Assembly (NCBI RefSeq): GCF_963506605.1
Contig: NC_083276.1
Coordinates: 109,306,001-109,370,000, forward strand
Direction of reading: 5' to 3'
From: Zootoca vivipara
Lineage: Eukaryota
Length of the DNA: 64,000 nt
The notes beneath the pieces were generated by a model that worked only from the letters and a program-made list of their open reading frames with translations, searched no databases and was not told the DNA's origin. Numbering within the stretch: the stretch's first letter is position 1; each line of letters starts with the position of its first letter. Below, in pieces: positions 1-12,884 of this stretch. Both the position numbers and the translations under genes were made by a program.

Positions 1-216
1 TTTTTGTTTTTAATGTTTTACCACTTTGGTGTCTGCTGCCTTGGACTTCTTTGAAAGGAAGGGCAGGACAGATATTCTGAGGAGGAGAAGGAGGAGGATT
101 TTTCACGCTCCAGTGGAAATCAATGGGACTTTGAGGTGTTGATTTTGGCTTCATCATGCCCTTAATCTTACAGATTATTCCAGAAATGATTCAGAGGAAA
201 CAACGATGCTTGTGCT

Positions 217-272
217 CATAAGAACATCAGAATAGCCTTGCTGGATCAGCTCAGTGGTTCATCTAGTCTAGC
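217..272 (-). mobile_element. CR1 LINE 3'-end fragment
   Basis: cataagaacatcagaatagccttgctggatcag...catctagtctagc is the reverse complement of a typical reptile CR1 tail. Confidence 0.6.
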
Positions 273-337
273 TTAATACTTTCCCTTAGCTTCTTTCTTC
301 ACGGAAACTGCTAACTTTGCATGCAATAAATATGCAA

Positions 338-470
338 NNNNNNNNNNNNNNNNNNNNNNNNNNNNNNNNNNNNNNNNNNNNNNNNNNNNNNNNNNNNNNN
401 NNNNNNNNNNNNNNNNNNNNNNNNNNNNNNNNNNNNNNNNNNNNNNNNNNNNNNNNNNNNNNNNNNNNNN
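338..470. other. Assembly gap (133 N)
   Basis: Run of N. Confidence 0.99.
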
Positions 471-2621
471 GCTGCTGCATAGCCTCTAGAGTACGTCTTA
501 CCATAGTACACTCCATGTGCAACTGGGAAAATAGCAAGGGAAGGAGACAAATCGGAATAACATCCAATGCAGAGTGGAACCCCTTTGAGAGCTATGGGAG
601 AAGCAGCTTCTCGACAACAAGAAAGTGTCTGTTTTCCATTGTCAGTGTAGGAAGTGGGAGCCTTTGGAGAGAATAAAAGCAATCTGAAAATCCTATGAGA
701 TCCTATTCTGTTTTTTTCAAAAAGATGGGAGTTAGGTACCCAAGCAAACTTGCCTCAGTATGCGTGTGAGACGGTGTATATACGTGCATCACACTGAACT
801 CGGAAGTGACCTAGAAACATAATAAAGATGTCACTGAAACATCACTAAAAGGGTGAAACAAGGGTGGAGCAGGGGACAGTTTGGGGTGTTCGCAGGCTTT
901 TTCAATGGGTTTCAGTTATACGCAATTTCACTGACATGTTAGGAAATGTTGCATCTAAGTACTTAGAGTTTGTCAGCTGCTATAACAGCACAATATCCCA
1001 AACCATGATGATACATACATAATTTGTGGAATCAAGGTCGTTTTGTTCTTCTCTTCAGCATGTGTCTGGAAGTGTTACCTCACGTTCAGCGAGCTGAAAC
1101 CCTTATTATATTTGTCATTAATTGACATGTTATAATGATTGATGGTTTCTTTTACGTTGACTTTAAAATGTAATAACGTTCATGCACTCAAACTGACTTT
1201 GCTGTATTGCCGTGTTACGTTTTCAAATGATTCGTTATTGGATTGTTATTGTAATGATGTATTGATCTGCATTTTTGTTCGTTATGAACTGCATATTTAT
1301 ATCCATCCTATTTATATAGGAAAGTGGCATACAAATACTGAACATATTTGTATGGGAAAGCGGCATACAAATTTAAACAAATAATAACAATAACTACCCT
1401 GCCCCCATTTTGTGGCGCCATTCCAAATGGCATTCTGGAAACAATGGAGGTGACAGAAACTGCAAAGAGCTCTGGTGAGTCACCTGACCTGAAAACTATG
1501 CACCTTTCTGAAAATGTGAAATAGAGGAGAAGGTTTCATGCACCCTAATGTGGGCCTTCATTTTGTAAACTATCAGAAGTTCAGCCCAGCCCTAGTTCAA
1601 TCAATATCCCCTTTAGATTGGACTGAGAAGTGTGGGGTTGGGAAGAAGAAAGATGACAATTATTCATGTTGTTAAAGATTTCCCCATTAGTCATCTTGTT
1701 TTCAAGAGCTGGCCGAACTAGAACTGCGTCACTGAGGGGGCACCTCTGCAAATTGCTGAGGGCAGTAGCTAAGGGCACAGCTTGCTATGGTCAAATGTTT
1801 TGCTGAGTTTCTTGTTTTGTAGAAAACTGGAGCTTGGCTGAAGACTGCAAAACCATGCAGAAAGCGGGGTGGGATTAGCTCTGCCAAGATGTGCATTTAT
1901 TTGCCATTTTCCCTCTGCATACAATAGTCTTGCGAGCGCCTCCACTGAAAAAGTACTCTAGATAAAAACAGGCATAGAGCAGATTAGAAAGGACAATCAA
2001 AGGGTGATTATTATTAGTTTATAACTTTATTAAAAATGCATTTGATTTGTATTCTCTTGCAGAGACTCAGTGCTATTTAATTTCTTTCACTGTAGGCTTC
2101 CTACTGGCAAGCGGACAGATTAATGACCGGCTTCAGGACTCCCTGCAGTACTGAATTGCATGGTTAGACTAATTATACTAGGCTTCCTCTTGGCTCACAG
2201 AAGAGTGACTATTTACTATTATTTTTTTACTATTAAAAGGAATAAAATTACAAAATTGGGATGCTAGTTTAGCTTCCCAGAAATACTGGACATTCCTTTG
2301 TGTGTCTGGGAAAGGGCGACAGACCACACAGTTCACTCCCAACCACTTAACATTCTAAATTGTTGGGTTTTGGTTTGTTTTTTTTTAAGAAAAATACCTG
2401 CCAATAAAATTAATTAAAAGCAGATTAGAACATTGCAGTTTCAGAAACTTGCTCTGAAAAATTAGGGCAGCCACATTTAAATCCACCATCACATGTCATC
2501 CATCAAGGCCTCTTTATATGAAGAAGGATATGGATTATTATTATCATAATAGCTGCATTCTTAATTCTTTTGCCTCACATCTTCTTCTGTAATCTCACTG
2601 AACCCTTTGAGCAGAGACAGG

Positions 2622-2918
2622 CAGTGGCGTAGTAATGGGGGGGGGCGGGGTGCGCCGCTCCAGGCAGCAGGCTGGGCGGGGGAGACCACCTCCGACGGCT
2701 GCTGCCGCACGACACAACCGCCGCCATGGAGGAGAAGCCCCGACGCAACCAAGGCTGCCTCACTCCATGGCTTGCTCACGGGGTTTGCCGCGGCACCGCA
2801 GTGCATGCCTCCTGTGCGCACATGACGCGCGATGCATGCGGCAATGGACACCCCGCTCCCCGGCGGGGTACCTTCGCATTTGCCACCCTGGGCAGCCAGG
2901 TGGCTAGCTACGCCGCTG
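2622..2918. mobile_element. hAT-type MITE
   Basis: TIRs CAGTGGCGTAG / CTACGCCGCTG; perfect 8-bp TSD GAGACAGG (2614-2621, 2919-2926); CpG-rich interior. Confidence 0.9.
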
Positions 2919-3055
2919 GAGACAGGTGCATGTCCACACTTACGCAGAAGTCTTGAGGCAACATCTAATGATATCCACGTGCTTGTGGAACAGGAATCCA
3001 CTTCTTCATTAGGACTTCTGTTTCTCTTCTCTTGCTCCTGGCCCCCATAAGCTCG

Positions 3056-3926
3056 CAAGATCTCTCTGTAGGGCCCTCTAACCTTGTGGAATAGATGTTG
3101 GGGGCATGCAAGGAGCTGCAGTGGGGAGGAAGGAAAGGAAGGAGAAATCCACTCCACTTCCCAGTGGGGAGGAGCTGTGGTGGACCACGTGGGCACCCAC
3201 TCCTCTCCAGGAGCGGGGGACAAAGTCCCACATCACCTGGAGGTTCCCGGCCACGTCATTTCCAGCCAGCCAATCCGCTGGCTGGGGGGACGTGACTGGG
3301 CCCCATTTGAATGGAGGCGCGACCCAGAGAGCTTCCTCTTGACTCGCCTCTTCAATCTCCTGCCCGCCCTCCCTATTTTCAGGTTTCAACATTGACCTTG
3401 CTATAGACCTCAATTGGTTGCCATTAAGGGGCCTGGCAGGAATTTTTCCACTTGGCAAATTGGCATGGGCCATTTGGTTTTCACCTACCTCATAGCAATT
3501 GCCACAACTTTGTAAGGTTTGGCGGTTAGGCATTGGTTGATCTTATGATGGGGGAGGGGAGGTGTGGCCATCACCTGCCCCTCCAAGCTTAAGGGTATTC
3601 CGTTAAAGGAATCTGGGGGTGTGGGTCTTGTCCAAAGCCCGGGGTGGGGCTAGGGCCATCCCACAACCCCGTTGGGAAACCAGGGGCAGCTCGAGTTGGT
3701 TTGCATCGACAGGGCTCCCCTTACCGGTGGTTGACCCTTACAGGACTCCCTGCATGAGATATAGCCAGATATAGTCGGGTCATTTCCATTGCTTAAGCCA
3801 ATACTTCTCACATTCTGTAACCAATAAAGTTGTGGCCTAAATTCGCCCAATAACCATTAACCTAATATCCGTGTCCTTGTGTCTCATTCATCAACGAGGG
3901 GGTGGCTTTGGGGACTCGACACACAA
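3056..3926 (+). mobile_element. Retroelement terminal repeat (solo-LTR-like or DIRS/Ngaro-like), copy 1
   Basis: Shares ordered blocks with 27123-27860(-): TTGACCTTGCTAT, GGCAGGAATTTT..CCT(A/G)CC, CACAAC..GTAAGGTT, AATAAAGTTGTGGCCTAAATTC. No clean TG..CA or TSD; boundaries approximate. Confidence 0.65.
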
Positions 3927-4594
3927 TCCCTGTTTGACTGCAATGCTACTATTTGTATTGCACAATTCTCGTTTTGTCCTCTTACTGTCATCGCCAAGCT
4001 ACTGTGGTGTTTCTTAAGCTCCAAACCTCCCAGTTCAGTTGTTCTACTTGGTGATACTCATGAAATGCTATCCTCACCAACAGCCCTTAACTCGATTCTC
4101 CAAACAGTAGGCATTTAAAAACTGATCTTTGCAGGAGGAATCTGCAAAGAAGAGCAACACATATAGCTCACCTTTTTCAAAGAAACTTGTTCCTTGCCCT
4201 TGAATTTGTTGTTTCTCTGGGAGCAACACCACAAGCTAAATATATTTTCGCATTATTTGGTCTCTTTGTGATGGTTTTCCATCCTCCCTGCTCTTTTTGC
4301 CCCCAGTGCCACCAAAGCTTATGCGTGCTCAATGCTAAACTAAAATGAAATAGAATTTTAAAAAATCTACCTTCCGATAACCCAGTTTCTGAGATACAGA
4401 AAGCTGGATTTTTTCCACCTGTATAAATTATGCAAATGCAGTAGTTGGTGTTGCATAATTTATTCTGTAATTTTTTTGCAGCTAGTAGCTTTTAAACATT
4501 TCCGGAGAATTACATGAATGTTAAGAATTGAGCAGGGAAAAAGAGCACACATACTCTGCAGCTCCAATAGGATCAAACATGGATTTACAGGTTC

Positions 4595-5106
4595 TGTGTG
4601 GTGAGGAGAATTAGGACGAAGCAAATAGGGGAATATAGTGGAAAATGAGGGTAGAGGAAGTAGATTCTCCAGCTTCTGCCCCTCCTGTGGAGCGGAGAGC
4701 CTAACTGAGGGCTGAGGGGAGCATGGATAGTTGGGGATGGCTGAGCTGGAAGTGACATGGGGTTAACAGGAGTCAGAAGGGGAGGGTGGAGCCTTATCAC
4801 CAAGGATGAGGCACCAAGTCCATAGAGATGTGAATGGACTTGCCCACCCATTCTCACAAGTCAGGAGAGTCATGCAAGTAAGCTCTCCATACCACATCTT
4901 TAATAGCTTGGCAGAAGAGCATAGACACTTGGGACATTTTTGTTGCTTCTGCTCAGTTCTGAACTTGTTGCTCAGCTCCTGAACTCTTGCTTTCTAGTGC
5001 TTTGCCTGCTGCTGAGCCTATCCTGTTACTTGCCTGAATAAAGATCTTTGTCTTAACATGCAAGAGCCTCTGTCATCGTGTTTTGGGCAGGAGTGAGGTA
5101 TGCACA
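4595..5106 (+). mobile_element. Possible old solo LTR
   Basis: TG..CA-bounded block, purine-rich 5' half, AATAAA at 5037; no TSD found. Confidence 0.35.
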
Positions 5107-5189
5107 TGAAGACTTTTTTCACTTAACTTCCGTTGTTCAAAGGTTACCTACTGCCTCTTCCCATGTGAACCAACCCAGACATTGTGATT

Positions 5190-5490
5190 GTCATCTGAGG
5201 CTCTTCTATGTGTGCCTCCTTCATGACCAGTCTGCAGGGTGGCAACATGAGAACAGGCCTTTTCTGTGGTGGCTCCCTGCCTGTGGAATGCTCTCCCCAG
5301 GGAGGCTTGCCAGGTGCCTTCATTTAGGCACCAGGAAAAACATTCTTCTTCTCCCAGGCCTTAGCCTAATTAAACAATTTATGGTTGGCGTGGAGGGTGT
5401 TATTGTTTTAGTTTGTTCCTATGTTATGCCTTTTGTGTTTTTATGTTGTTAACCACCCTGTGATCCTCAGATGAAGGGCAATATAAATGT
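5190..5490 (+). mobile_element. L2 LINE 3' end (older subfamily)
   Basis: aggccttttctgtggtggctccctgcctgtggaatgctctccc (RAFSVVAP.LWNALP motif) followed by an L2-type stem-loop tail. Confidence 0.75.
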
Positions 5491-5542
5491 AATGAGTAGT
5501 ACAATAATACTAATGATGATAATACTTTTAACTCTAATAGTA

Positions 5543-6031
5543 CAGTGGTACCTTGGTTCTCAAACGCCTTGGTACTCAAACAACTTGGAACCCAAACACT
5601 GCAAACCCGGAAGTAAGTGTTCCGGTTTGCGAACTTTTTTTGGAAGCTGAACATGCTCCATTTTGAGTGCCACACTTCTGTTTTGAGTGTTATGCTGAGG
5701 TCTGTCTGTTTTTGCTATTTATTTTGCATTTTTGTTTTTTGCGGCTCTTTTTGTTTTGTTTCTGTGACTTTGTGGAACCCAGTTCAGCTACTGATTGATT
5801 GATTGTGTGACTGCAGTACTGTACATTGTTTATTGCTTTCATTTTATGGATCAATGGTCTCGTTAGATAATAAAATTCATGTTAAGTTGCTGTTTTAGGG
5901 GTTGTTTTTAAAAGTCTGGAACGGATTAATCCATTTTACTTTCTATGGGAAAGCACGCCTTGGTTTTGGGACGCTTTGGTTTTGGAATGGACTTCCAGAA
6001 CTGATTAAGTTTGAGAACCAAGGTACCACTG
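5543..6031. mobile_element. Tc1/mariner (Tigger-like) MITE
   Basis: Perfect 23-bp TIR CAGTGGTACCTTGGTTCTCAAAC; TA on both sides. Confidence 0.92.
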
Positions 6032-7190
6032 TATGCATTGTTATGGATGAAAGTTCCTTTATGATTATGTAGACAGTGCCAAATAAGCAACCAGGTATTT
6101 CTGTCTTGTATAAAAATCAAAGTCTTATTCATTGTTCAAATCACACCCAGTTGGCAGCATCCTTGATTCCAAAAGGAAATAAAATACTAAAGCTTTATTT
6201 GTTTTGCCTCTAACTGTTCATTTAACTTTTGAATGCCATGCCCATGTGGATTGCTGGCAGGGAACTTGAACGTGCCACTGAAGTACACACAAGGAAACTT
6301 TACTAATGAAGACAGCAACTTTCTAACTGAGAGGAAAGAGTGTAAACTTCAAGCTAGCAAGGCAGCAGTTTCATTCACAGACTAGCAGAAGGAATGCTCA
6401 GGTAACCTTGGAGACCACCAGCTAGCCCGAAACCTATGCAAAACATGTAGACAAGCTCAGACACACTACTCAGGACTGTCGTTACTCCCAACAGCATGTG
6501 AGTTGATCTACATGCTACATTCATATTTGTTTGTAAACGCCAGTGCTGGTGTCTCATTGGAGGTTGAGAATGTGCATCTTTTAGCTTCTTTCTTTTCTTT
6601 ATTTCTTGAAGCTTAGTTTGTTCTTTTAATTGTATGGTGAAAACTCCAATTAAAAGAAATCAAAAGGAGAGAGAATGTACATCTGCAATCATTTCTGTTG
6701 AAGGATGATACTGAAGATTAATATCCCCCTGTTATTGCACGTCTTTCAGTAAATGATACTTCACTTTGAAATATTTTGTCTGAAGAGTAACCTTTTCGAT
6801 TTTGGCCAGTTTTATGCATCCTTGGTTATCTTCAAAAATTGTTGCCGGTTCTAGAACATTTTGTACTAGTTTTGACAACACCTGACGAATCCATGTAATG
6901 TCTTCACATGCTTGACTAGCTACTACATATTCTGCTTTAGCAGATGAAAGTGCTATAGATCTTTGCTTTCTGCTGGGTGAACGTAAACCTCGTCTTCCAT
7001 CCTGAAATAGATAGTCACCTGTTCATTTGTGATCAGATGCATCTTCGGCTGAGTCAATGTCCATGGAACCAACCAACTGATTTGGGAATATTGGAAGGTG
7101 CAACTTCTTGTGAATTGTCAGGCATCAGCCCTTTTACTGCCTTCCAGTCACTCTGTAGCTGTTCAATCAACTTTTGAACGTCATCTGTAT

Positions 7191-7506
7191 GGTGTGGTTT
7201 TAGTGGTTAAGAGCGGTAGACTCGTAATCTGGGGAACCGGGTTCGTGTCTCCGCTCCTCCACATGCAGCTGCTGGGTGACCTTGGGCTAGTCACACTTCT
7301 CTGAAGTCTCTCAGCCTCACTCACCTCACAGGGTGTCTGTTGTGGGGGAGGAGGGGAAAGGAGATTGTTAGCCACTTTGAGACTCCTTCGGGTAGTGATA
7401 AAGCGGGATATCAAATCCAAACTCTTCTTCTTCTTCTTCTTCTTCTTCTTCTTCTTCTTCTTCTTCTTCTTCTTCTTCTTCTTCTTCTTCTTCTTCTTCT
7501 TCTTCT
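7191..7506 (+). mobile_element. Squam3-like tRNA-derived SINE with (TTC)n tail
   Basis: A box tagtggttaagagc, B box ggttcgtgtctcc, body gggtgaccttgggctagtcac; pure (TTC)n at about 7424-7506. Confidence 0.85.
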
Positions 7507-8644
7507 AAATTGTGTTTCTTAATACCTCAAGGGGATTCTGTTAAAACTTTTCGGGCTGCGAAATGTAGCACTGCCTATGGTGTAGGGTTCAAGCTCGCTT
7601 CCCCCGTGGAGCCCATAACTGTATGAATCCCATTCTCCTCACCAAGCATGTCTTTCCCAGCTGGATGTGATAGAGTTCAATATTTATGCTCTTGTTGTAG
7701 GATTAAAATGCAGATGGACATAAAAGTTGTCATGCAGCCCGGGGGGGGGGAGAGAGAGAGAAAATGCCCCAAGTGGCTTTTCTCCACGTCATGGCAGTCA
7801 AATACAATTGAAATCTCTGCTTCGGAGAGTTTAGTTCCTCTGAAAACAGTGTCAGCAAAATGTGTGGAGTTCTTCCACAAGCAAGTATTTTAAACATTTT
7901 AATCAAGTTGAAATGATAATGACCTGAAGCACTGAACATTTTTTTTCTCCCCCCTTGCAGCTGCTGCAGTTGCACAAGAAGGTATATATCTCAGCCTAAA
8001 TGCGCTGAGTGAAAAAAAAATAAAGCAAGCCAGTGGGGGTTGCCTCAGGATTGCGGTTCCTGTAGTGGCATTGCCAACTAAGGCAGCTAAGGCAACTAAG
8101 GAAGGTTTGGTGCATTTGATATCCCCATAGGACTGACATTTCAAGACCTCTTGCACAGAAAGAACCCCATCACCCTTATAGAGATCACAGACATCATAAG
8201 CATTCTGCTGCCTTTGCAAAAAAATGAGATGCTCTGTGGGAAATCTCTACAATAATATTGCCTGCAGGGAGGTTTCTCGCTTTTCAGTCTTATGCGCTCT
8301 TTGAATGAACTTAGAAACATGCTAAAAGTGGTATCTTTTTGCTGAGGAGGAAGCAAAAAATGACAATCCTTAATATTGTTACATCCGGCCTGAATGGCGG
8401 AAATTGCTTCACATTTCAATTTAGTTGGACATAAACTTGTGCTCCTTGGGGATGACTCTGATTTAGTTAAGACAAGGCCGGCTCTACCATTGGGTAGAGT
8501 GAGGCTGCAACCTGTGGGGGCAGATGCTTGGAAGCAGGGGGGAAATGGATTGACCCAGTACCAAGTTTTTGACGGTACAAAACATGCAATGAGTTTGCAT
8601 GGTAACAAGCTCTTAATAAAGTTACGCTAAGGCCGCAACCCCAA

Positions 8645-9002
8645 GGGACGCAGGTGGCGCTGTGGGTTAAACCACAGAGCCTAGGGCTTGCTGATCAGAA
8701 GGTTGGCGGTTTGAATCCCTGTGATGGGGTGAGCTCCCGTTGCTCAGTCCCTGCTCCTCCCAACCTAGCAGTTTGAAAGCACATCAAAAGTGCAAGTAGA
8801 TAAATAGGTATCGCTCCAGTGGGAAGGTAAACGGCATTTCCGTGTGCTGCTCTGGTTTCCCAGAAGCGGCTTAGTCATGCTGGCTACATTACCCGGAGGC
8901 TGTATGCCGGCTCCCTCAGCCAGTAAAGCGAGATGAACACCCCAACCCCAGAGTTGTCCACAACTGGACCCTAATGGTCAGGGGTTCCTTTACCTTTACC
9001 TT
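8645..9002 (+). mobile_element. Sauria SINE (Squam1), full length
   Basis: GGGACGCAGGTGGCGCTGTGGGTTAAACC head, (ACCTTT)n tail, 16-bp TSD taaggcc(g/a)caacccca; inserted into an older small hairpin MITE running to about 9096. Confidence 0.93.
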
Positions 9003-9334
9003 TAAGGCCACAACCCCATATGGACTTATGTGGGAGCAGGTCTAGCTGAGCTCATTGGGGATTAATTCTAAGCAGACATGTATAAGACTGCACTGTACAT
9101 GTTAATGCCTTTTGGGAACTGTCTTGAATGTGTAAACCGAGCTGCAAGACTGATGTTATTTGCTTAACCGAGAAGCCCATGTGCTCTGTTTCAAGAGATG
9201 AACAGCATGAGCATCTCAGTCTAGGGACTTTCTCCAAAGTGCAGATGGAAGTTGTCACCCTGCAGACTGGGGATAAGAAGATCCCCCATCTTCCATTACT
9301 TGATTGTTCAGTATTTCATATAAGCACATACAAG

Positions 9335-9432
9335 TTTTTAATGTCTGTTGGTTTATTGTGCTTTTAATTCTGTTGGGAGCCACCCAGAATGGCTGGGGAA
9401 ACCCAGCCAGATGGGCAGGGCATAAATATTAC

Positions 9433-9474
<42 letters not shown>
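9335..9474 (+). mobile_element. L2 LINE 3' tail with (TTA)n
   Basis: gccacccagaatggctggggaaacccagccagatgggcaggg plus (TTA)n; same tail as other copies in the window. Confidence 0.85.
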
Positions 9475-9476
<2 letters not shown>

Positions 9477-10200
9477 TTCAAAAGTACTCTTGATACAACT
9501 GAGATGAGTAAAGTTCTGCAAGCAGTGTGCACAATCACATGTACCCTGGTGAAGCAGAAGGGGAGGGGAGATGAATGAACTTAAGGAACTGAACATTGCA
9601 GGAAACTGAGGCAGCTAGCACAAAGATGATTTGACAATATAATGAAAAAAATATAAAAAGCACGCTTAAGGCATTTTGGGGGGAAAATCTAAGACATTAA
9701 AAACATGTAAAAATAAAACAACCCACATACTCTCACAACTAATAATCTCACATTTCCAGGAACAGTATATTTTAGACATCAAATGCTTGGGTTTAAGAAA
9801 TATAATAATGGAAAATTCCTAGTAAGTTGTTTGTAGTTTGGGGAGAAACACCCCATGTTTCTATCAGGGTATGATGGCACTTGCCTCTCTGACTGTGTGA
9901 ACCAGCCCTTATACCTTGTGAGCATTGATTAGGGGACGAGAAATAGGAGAACAACTACCTCCTATGCAATACCAGCCCTCAATAATTCTTGTTCAAATCT
10001 CTCTATATTACACCGGATCTCCAAAACATTATTTATTACACTCAATTCCACATACAAATTCCTTGCAGCTAAATATATTGAGATTTTTCTTGCCATCCCA
10101 GAACTATTTCAGCCAAAATAACACTCTTGTGACATTTTAAAGACATCATACCTATTTATTCACACACAATTTTTTTAGTTAGAAGAAAATAATCACGATA

Positions 10201-10452
10201 TCTATATAAATAAAAATGTAAAATGCCGGATTGTGTGTGCTCAGCTTGCTCCGAAACCGCTTGACCACTTGAGTTGAAAGTTTGACACAACGTTGCAGTC
10301 CAATAGGGGAGTGTTTGTATAAACTTAGATTATACAGATGTCACACCTGTCACAGGTAAAAACAAGTTTTTTGGGGGGAAACCAGAAAACAGGAACAGGA
10401 GAGGTTGCAAAATACCGCCCTCTAACGGCGACTCCACTGGTACTGCAGCTAG
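10201..10452 (+). mobile_element. Non-autonomous Helitron (short)
   Basis: A|TCTATATAAATAAAAATGTAA 5' terminus; GC-rich subterminal segment and ...GGTACTGCAGCTAG 3' terminus; no TSD. Confidence 0.6.
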
Positions 10453-12111
10453 AAAAGCTTCCCTCTCCAAAGCAGCTCAGCTCAGGTTTTCATTCAACCC
10501 CTGCTGCATAAGAGCAAAACTGCAGGACTGCATAAGAGCAAAAGAACAATATATAAATCCTGTAACTTCATATCCCAATAGACAACCCTCCATGCTATTG
10601 ACTTCCTGGAGAATTATGGTTTGAAATGAACAGATAGTATTGGGCCCAAAGCCATACCCTTCACGCTAACAAAACTCTTCCGATACTACTAGCTCCCAGT
10701 TTTCTAGCAGCTCCAGAAATCTGTTTTCACACCTCGTATAGTGTCAATCCTTTTAGAAATTTACTTGGCAAAAATGCGACACTCCCCCAGCTCCAATAAA
10801 CTGTTTATTTTGAGCTCATAAACAAGAAAACCTGTTTTCTTGCCACATTGCTTTGATTAGATGTAGGAAAGACAGGAATCCACTTCAGGCGTTTAATTTG
10901 AATATGTGAAGTGTTAACTGGGAACGAACAGGGTGAGCCCTACTGAGCAGTGATGCACAAGCTAGACCTGCCCCCAGCTCCATTTGGGCCACACTGAGTG
11001 GGAAGGAATGAAGAGGGAAGCTTAGAACCTTCTTCACAACCAGTGTTTCCAACTGCATGGAAGAATCTGGGTATATTCCACTGAATGCTTGAGCGTCACC
11101 CCTTCCTTCTCCAGATATTTGAACATGTGAAGAAATAACTTCTAAAAAGGACCTGTATTTGTTAACCCAAGCTACAGTCTGATAACAGTTTGTTCCAGAG
11201 ATGCATAAAGACCCCTTCATTTGGCTGTGATATGATCAGGGTTTGGGGGTGTATGTGAGAGTCAACAATTGCTTTAAGTACTCACAAAAGCTTGATGTCT
11301 TTTGCATCAGATATTAGCATATTGTTTGCCTATATATCTTGCTTCCTTTGTTGGCCCTATGCATGCCAAGCTCAGCGTTTGGGTGGGTGCCATAATGCTT
11401 GAAGCAGGCATATCGGGCAGAATTGGAATTCAAGCAACCAGGACACACTCAGGCTCTGCAGGAATTCTCCAGGTGGGAGGAGCCAAAGCAAAACAGAGCA
11501 TGAATAATGACTACTCATTGAGCGAGTACAAACATGTAGAAGAAATTACTTTCTACAAAGAGGGCAGATGTGCTCCATTGTATCATAATGAAGAAGAGAA
11601 CACAATAGCTATTAAAGTCCTTGGGGGAAATTTCACAGGAATGAAGTTCTTCCTTTGTTACTAGTAAATGTTTCTTACCAGGCTCTTTGTGCCGTGCTAT
11701 CTAATTGAATGCCCTAGACATTGTTAGTTCTAAGAAAATTAACGAGGATAATTTAACAGGCATCCTTCAGTGAGGTTTAAGGTACCTGCTGAGTGGAATC
11801 CGGTAACAAGATAGGATATATGCGGATAACAGATTGGTATAGCTGAAAAGGCATCATCATGTGTGAGACAGAGGCAGACCAAATGTTATGTCCTAGCACA
11901 TGTTGCCACGAGAACATGTCCCCCTCCTCTCCATTTCTTTTGGAAGCATACATTAGCTTTCTCCATTAGCTTTGGAGAAGGAAAACTCTGGTCTTAAACC
12001 TCTGCTGCCTTGAAGCTATGCTCATTTGTGATAGTCTTTGAGAGTAAACCCCAAGGAAAAATCTGCACCCACTGTCTTGTGAGACATCTTCTGGAGAAGA
12101 TAAGGCTAAGG

Positions 12112-12247
12112 CAGGCATCCCCAAACTCAGCCCTCCAGCTGTTTTGGGACTACAACTCCCATCATCCCTGACCACTGGTCCTGTTAGCTAGGGATGATGG
12201 GAGTTGTAGTCCAAAAACAGCTGGAGGGCCGAGTTTGGGGATGCCTG
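12112..12247. mobile_element. Palindromic hAT MITE
   Basis: TIR CAGGCATCCCCAAACT; whole element folds back; TSD ggctaagg/ggctaatg. Confidence 0.92.
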
Positions 12248-12638
12248 GGCTAATGAGTAAACCCTACACAAACCCAGAGTGGAATCCCTAAGGCTGTTGG
12301 ATGGCGTTTTGTATGCCTTCTTCTGGCAACTTCTGCAGCCAAGCTGGTGCCAAACTTATTGCTCTGATTCCTTTAGCCCCCATCAACGAAGCCGAGAGGT
12401 GGGTCTTGTCATGTGGGCAGCCAAGGACCTCCATATACATTGTCCAGGCTTGTGCCTGAAAATGTATAGCCTTCCAAATGTTTGTAGAGACAAACATTTA
12501 AGATGTTACATTCTTACCTATGTATCACCAAAATAATGCAGCATCCTAAATGTCCCTACAGTGGCATGTGACTGATTAAATGTGATCTTCATTGCTTTAC
12601 AGACTTAAGAGAAGTGGCTATTGCCATCATCAACTATA

Positions 12639-12884
12639 CAGTGGTACCTCAGGTTACAAACACCTCAGGTTACAAACACTTTTGGGTTACAGACTCCGCT
12701 AACCCGGAGGTAGTACCTCAGGTTAAGAACTTTACGTCATGATGAGAAGACAAATCCCATGGCAGAGGCGCAGGAGGAGGAGGAGGAGGCCCCATTAGCT
12801 AAAGTGGTACCTCAGGTTAAGAACGGTTTCAGGTTAAGAACGGACCGCCGGAATGAATTAAGTTTGTAACCAGAGGTACTACTG
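12639..12884. mobile_element. Tigger-like MITE
   Basis: TIR CAGTGGTACCTCAGGTTACAAAC / GTTTGTAACCAGAGGTACTACTG; TA TSD; same family as 44249-44490. Confidence 0.9.

Noticed and set aside
2561-3533. 220- and 151-aa ORFs in GC-rich sequence
   Set aside because: They cross a MITE boundary and a terminal-repeat element; no recognisable domain.
7340-7522. Poly-Leu, poly-Asn, poly-Tyr and poly-Ile ORFs here and at other TTC/TTA tracts
   Set aside because: Translations of retroposon microsatellite tails.
7961-7981. 21-nt micro-exon (ccccttgcag|..AAG|gtatat)
   Set aside because: Weak donor and no gene context to attach it to.
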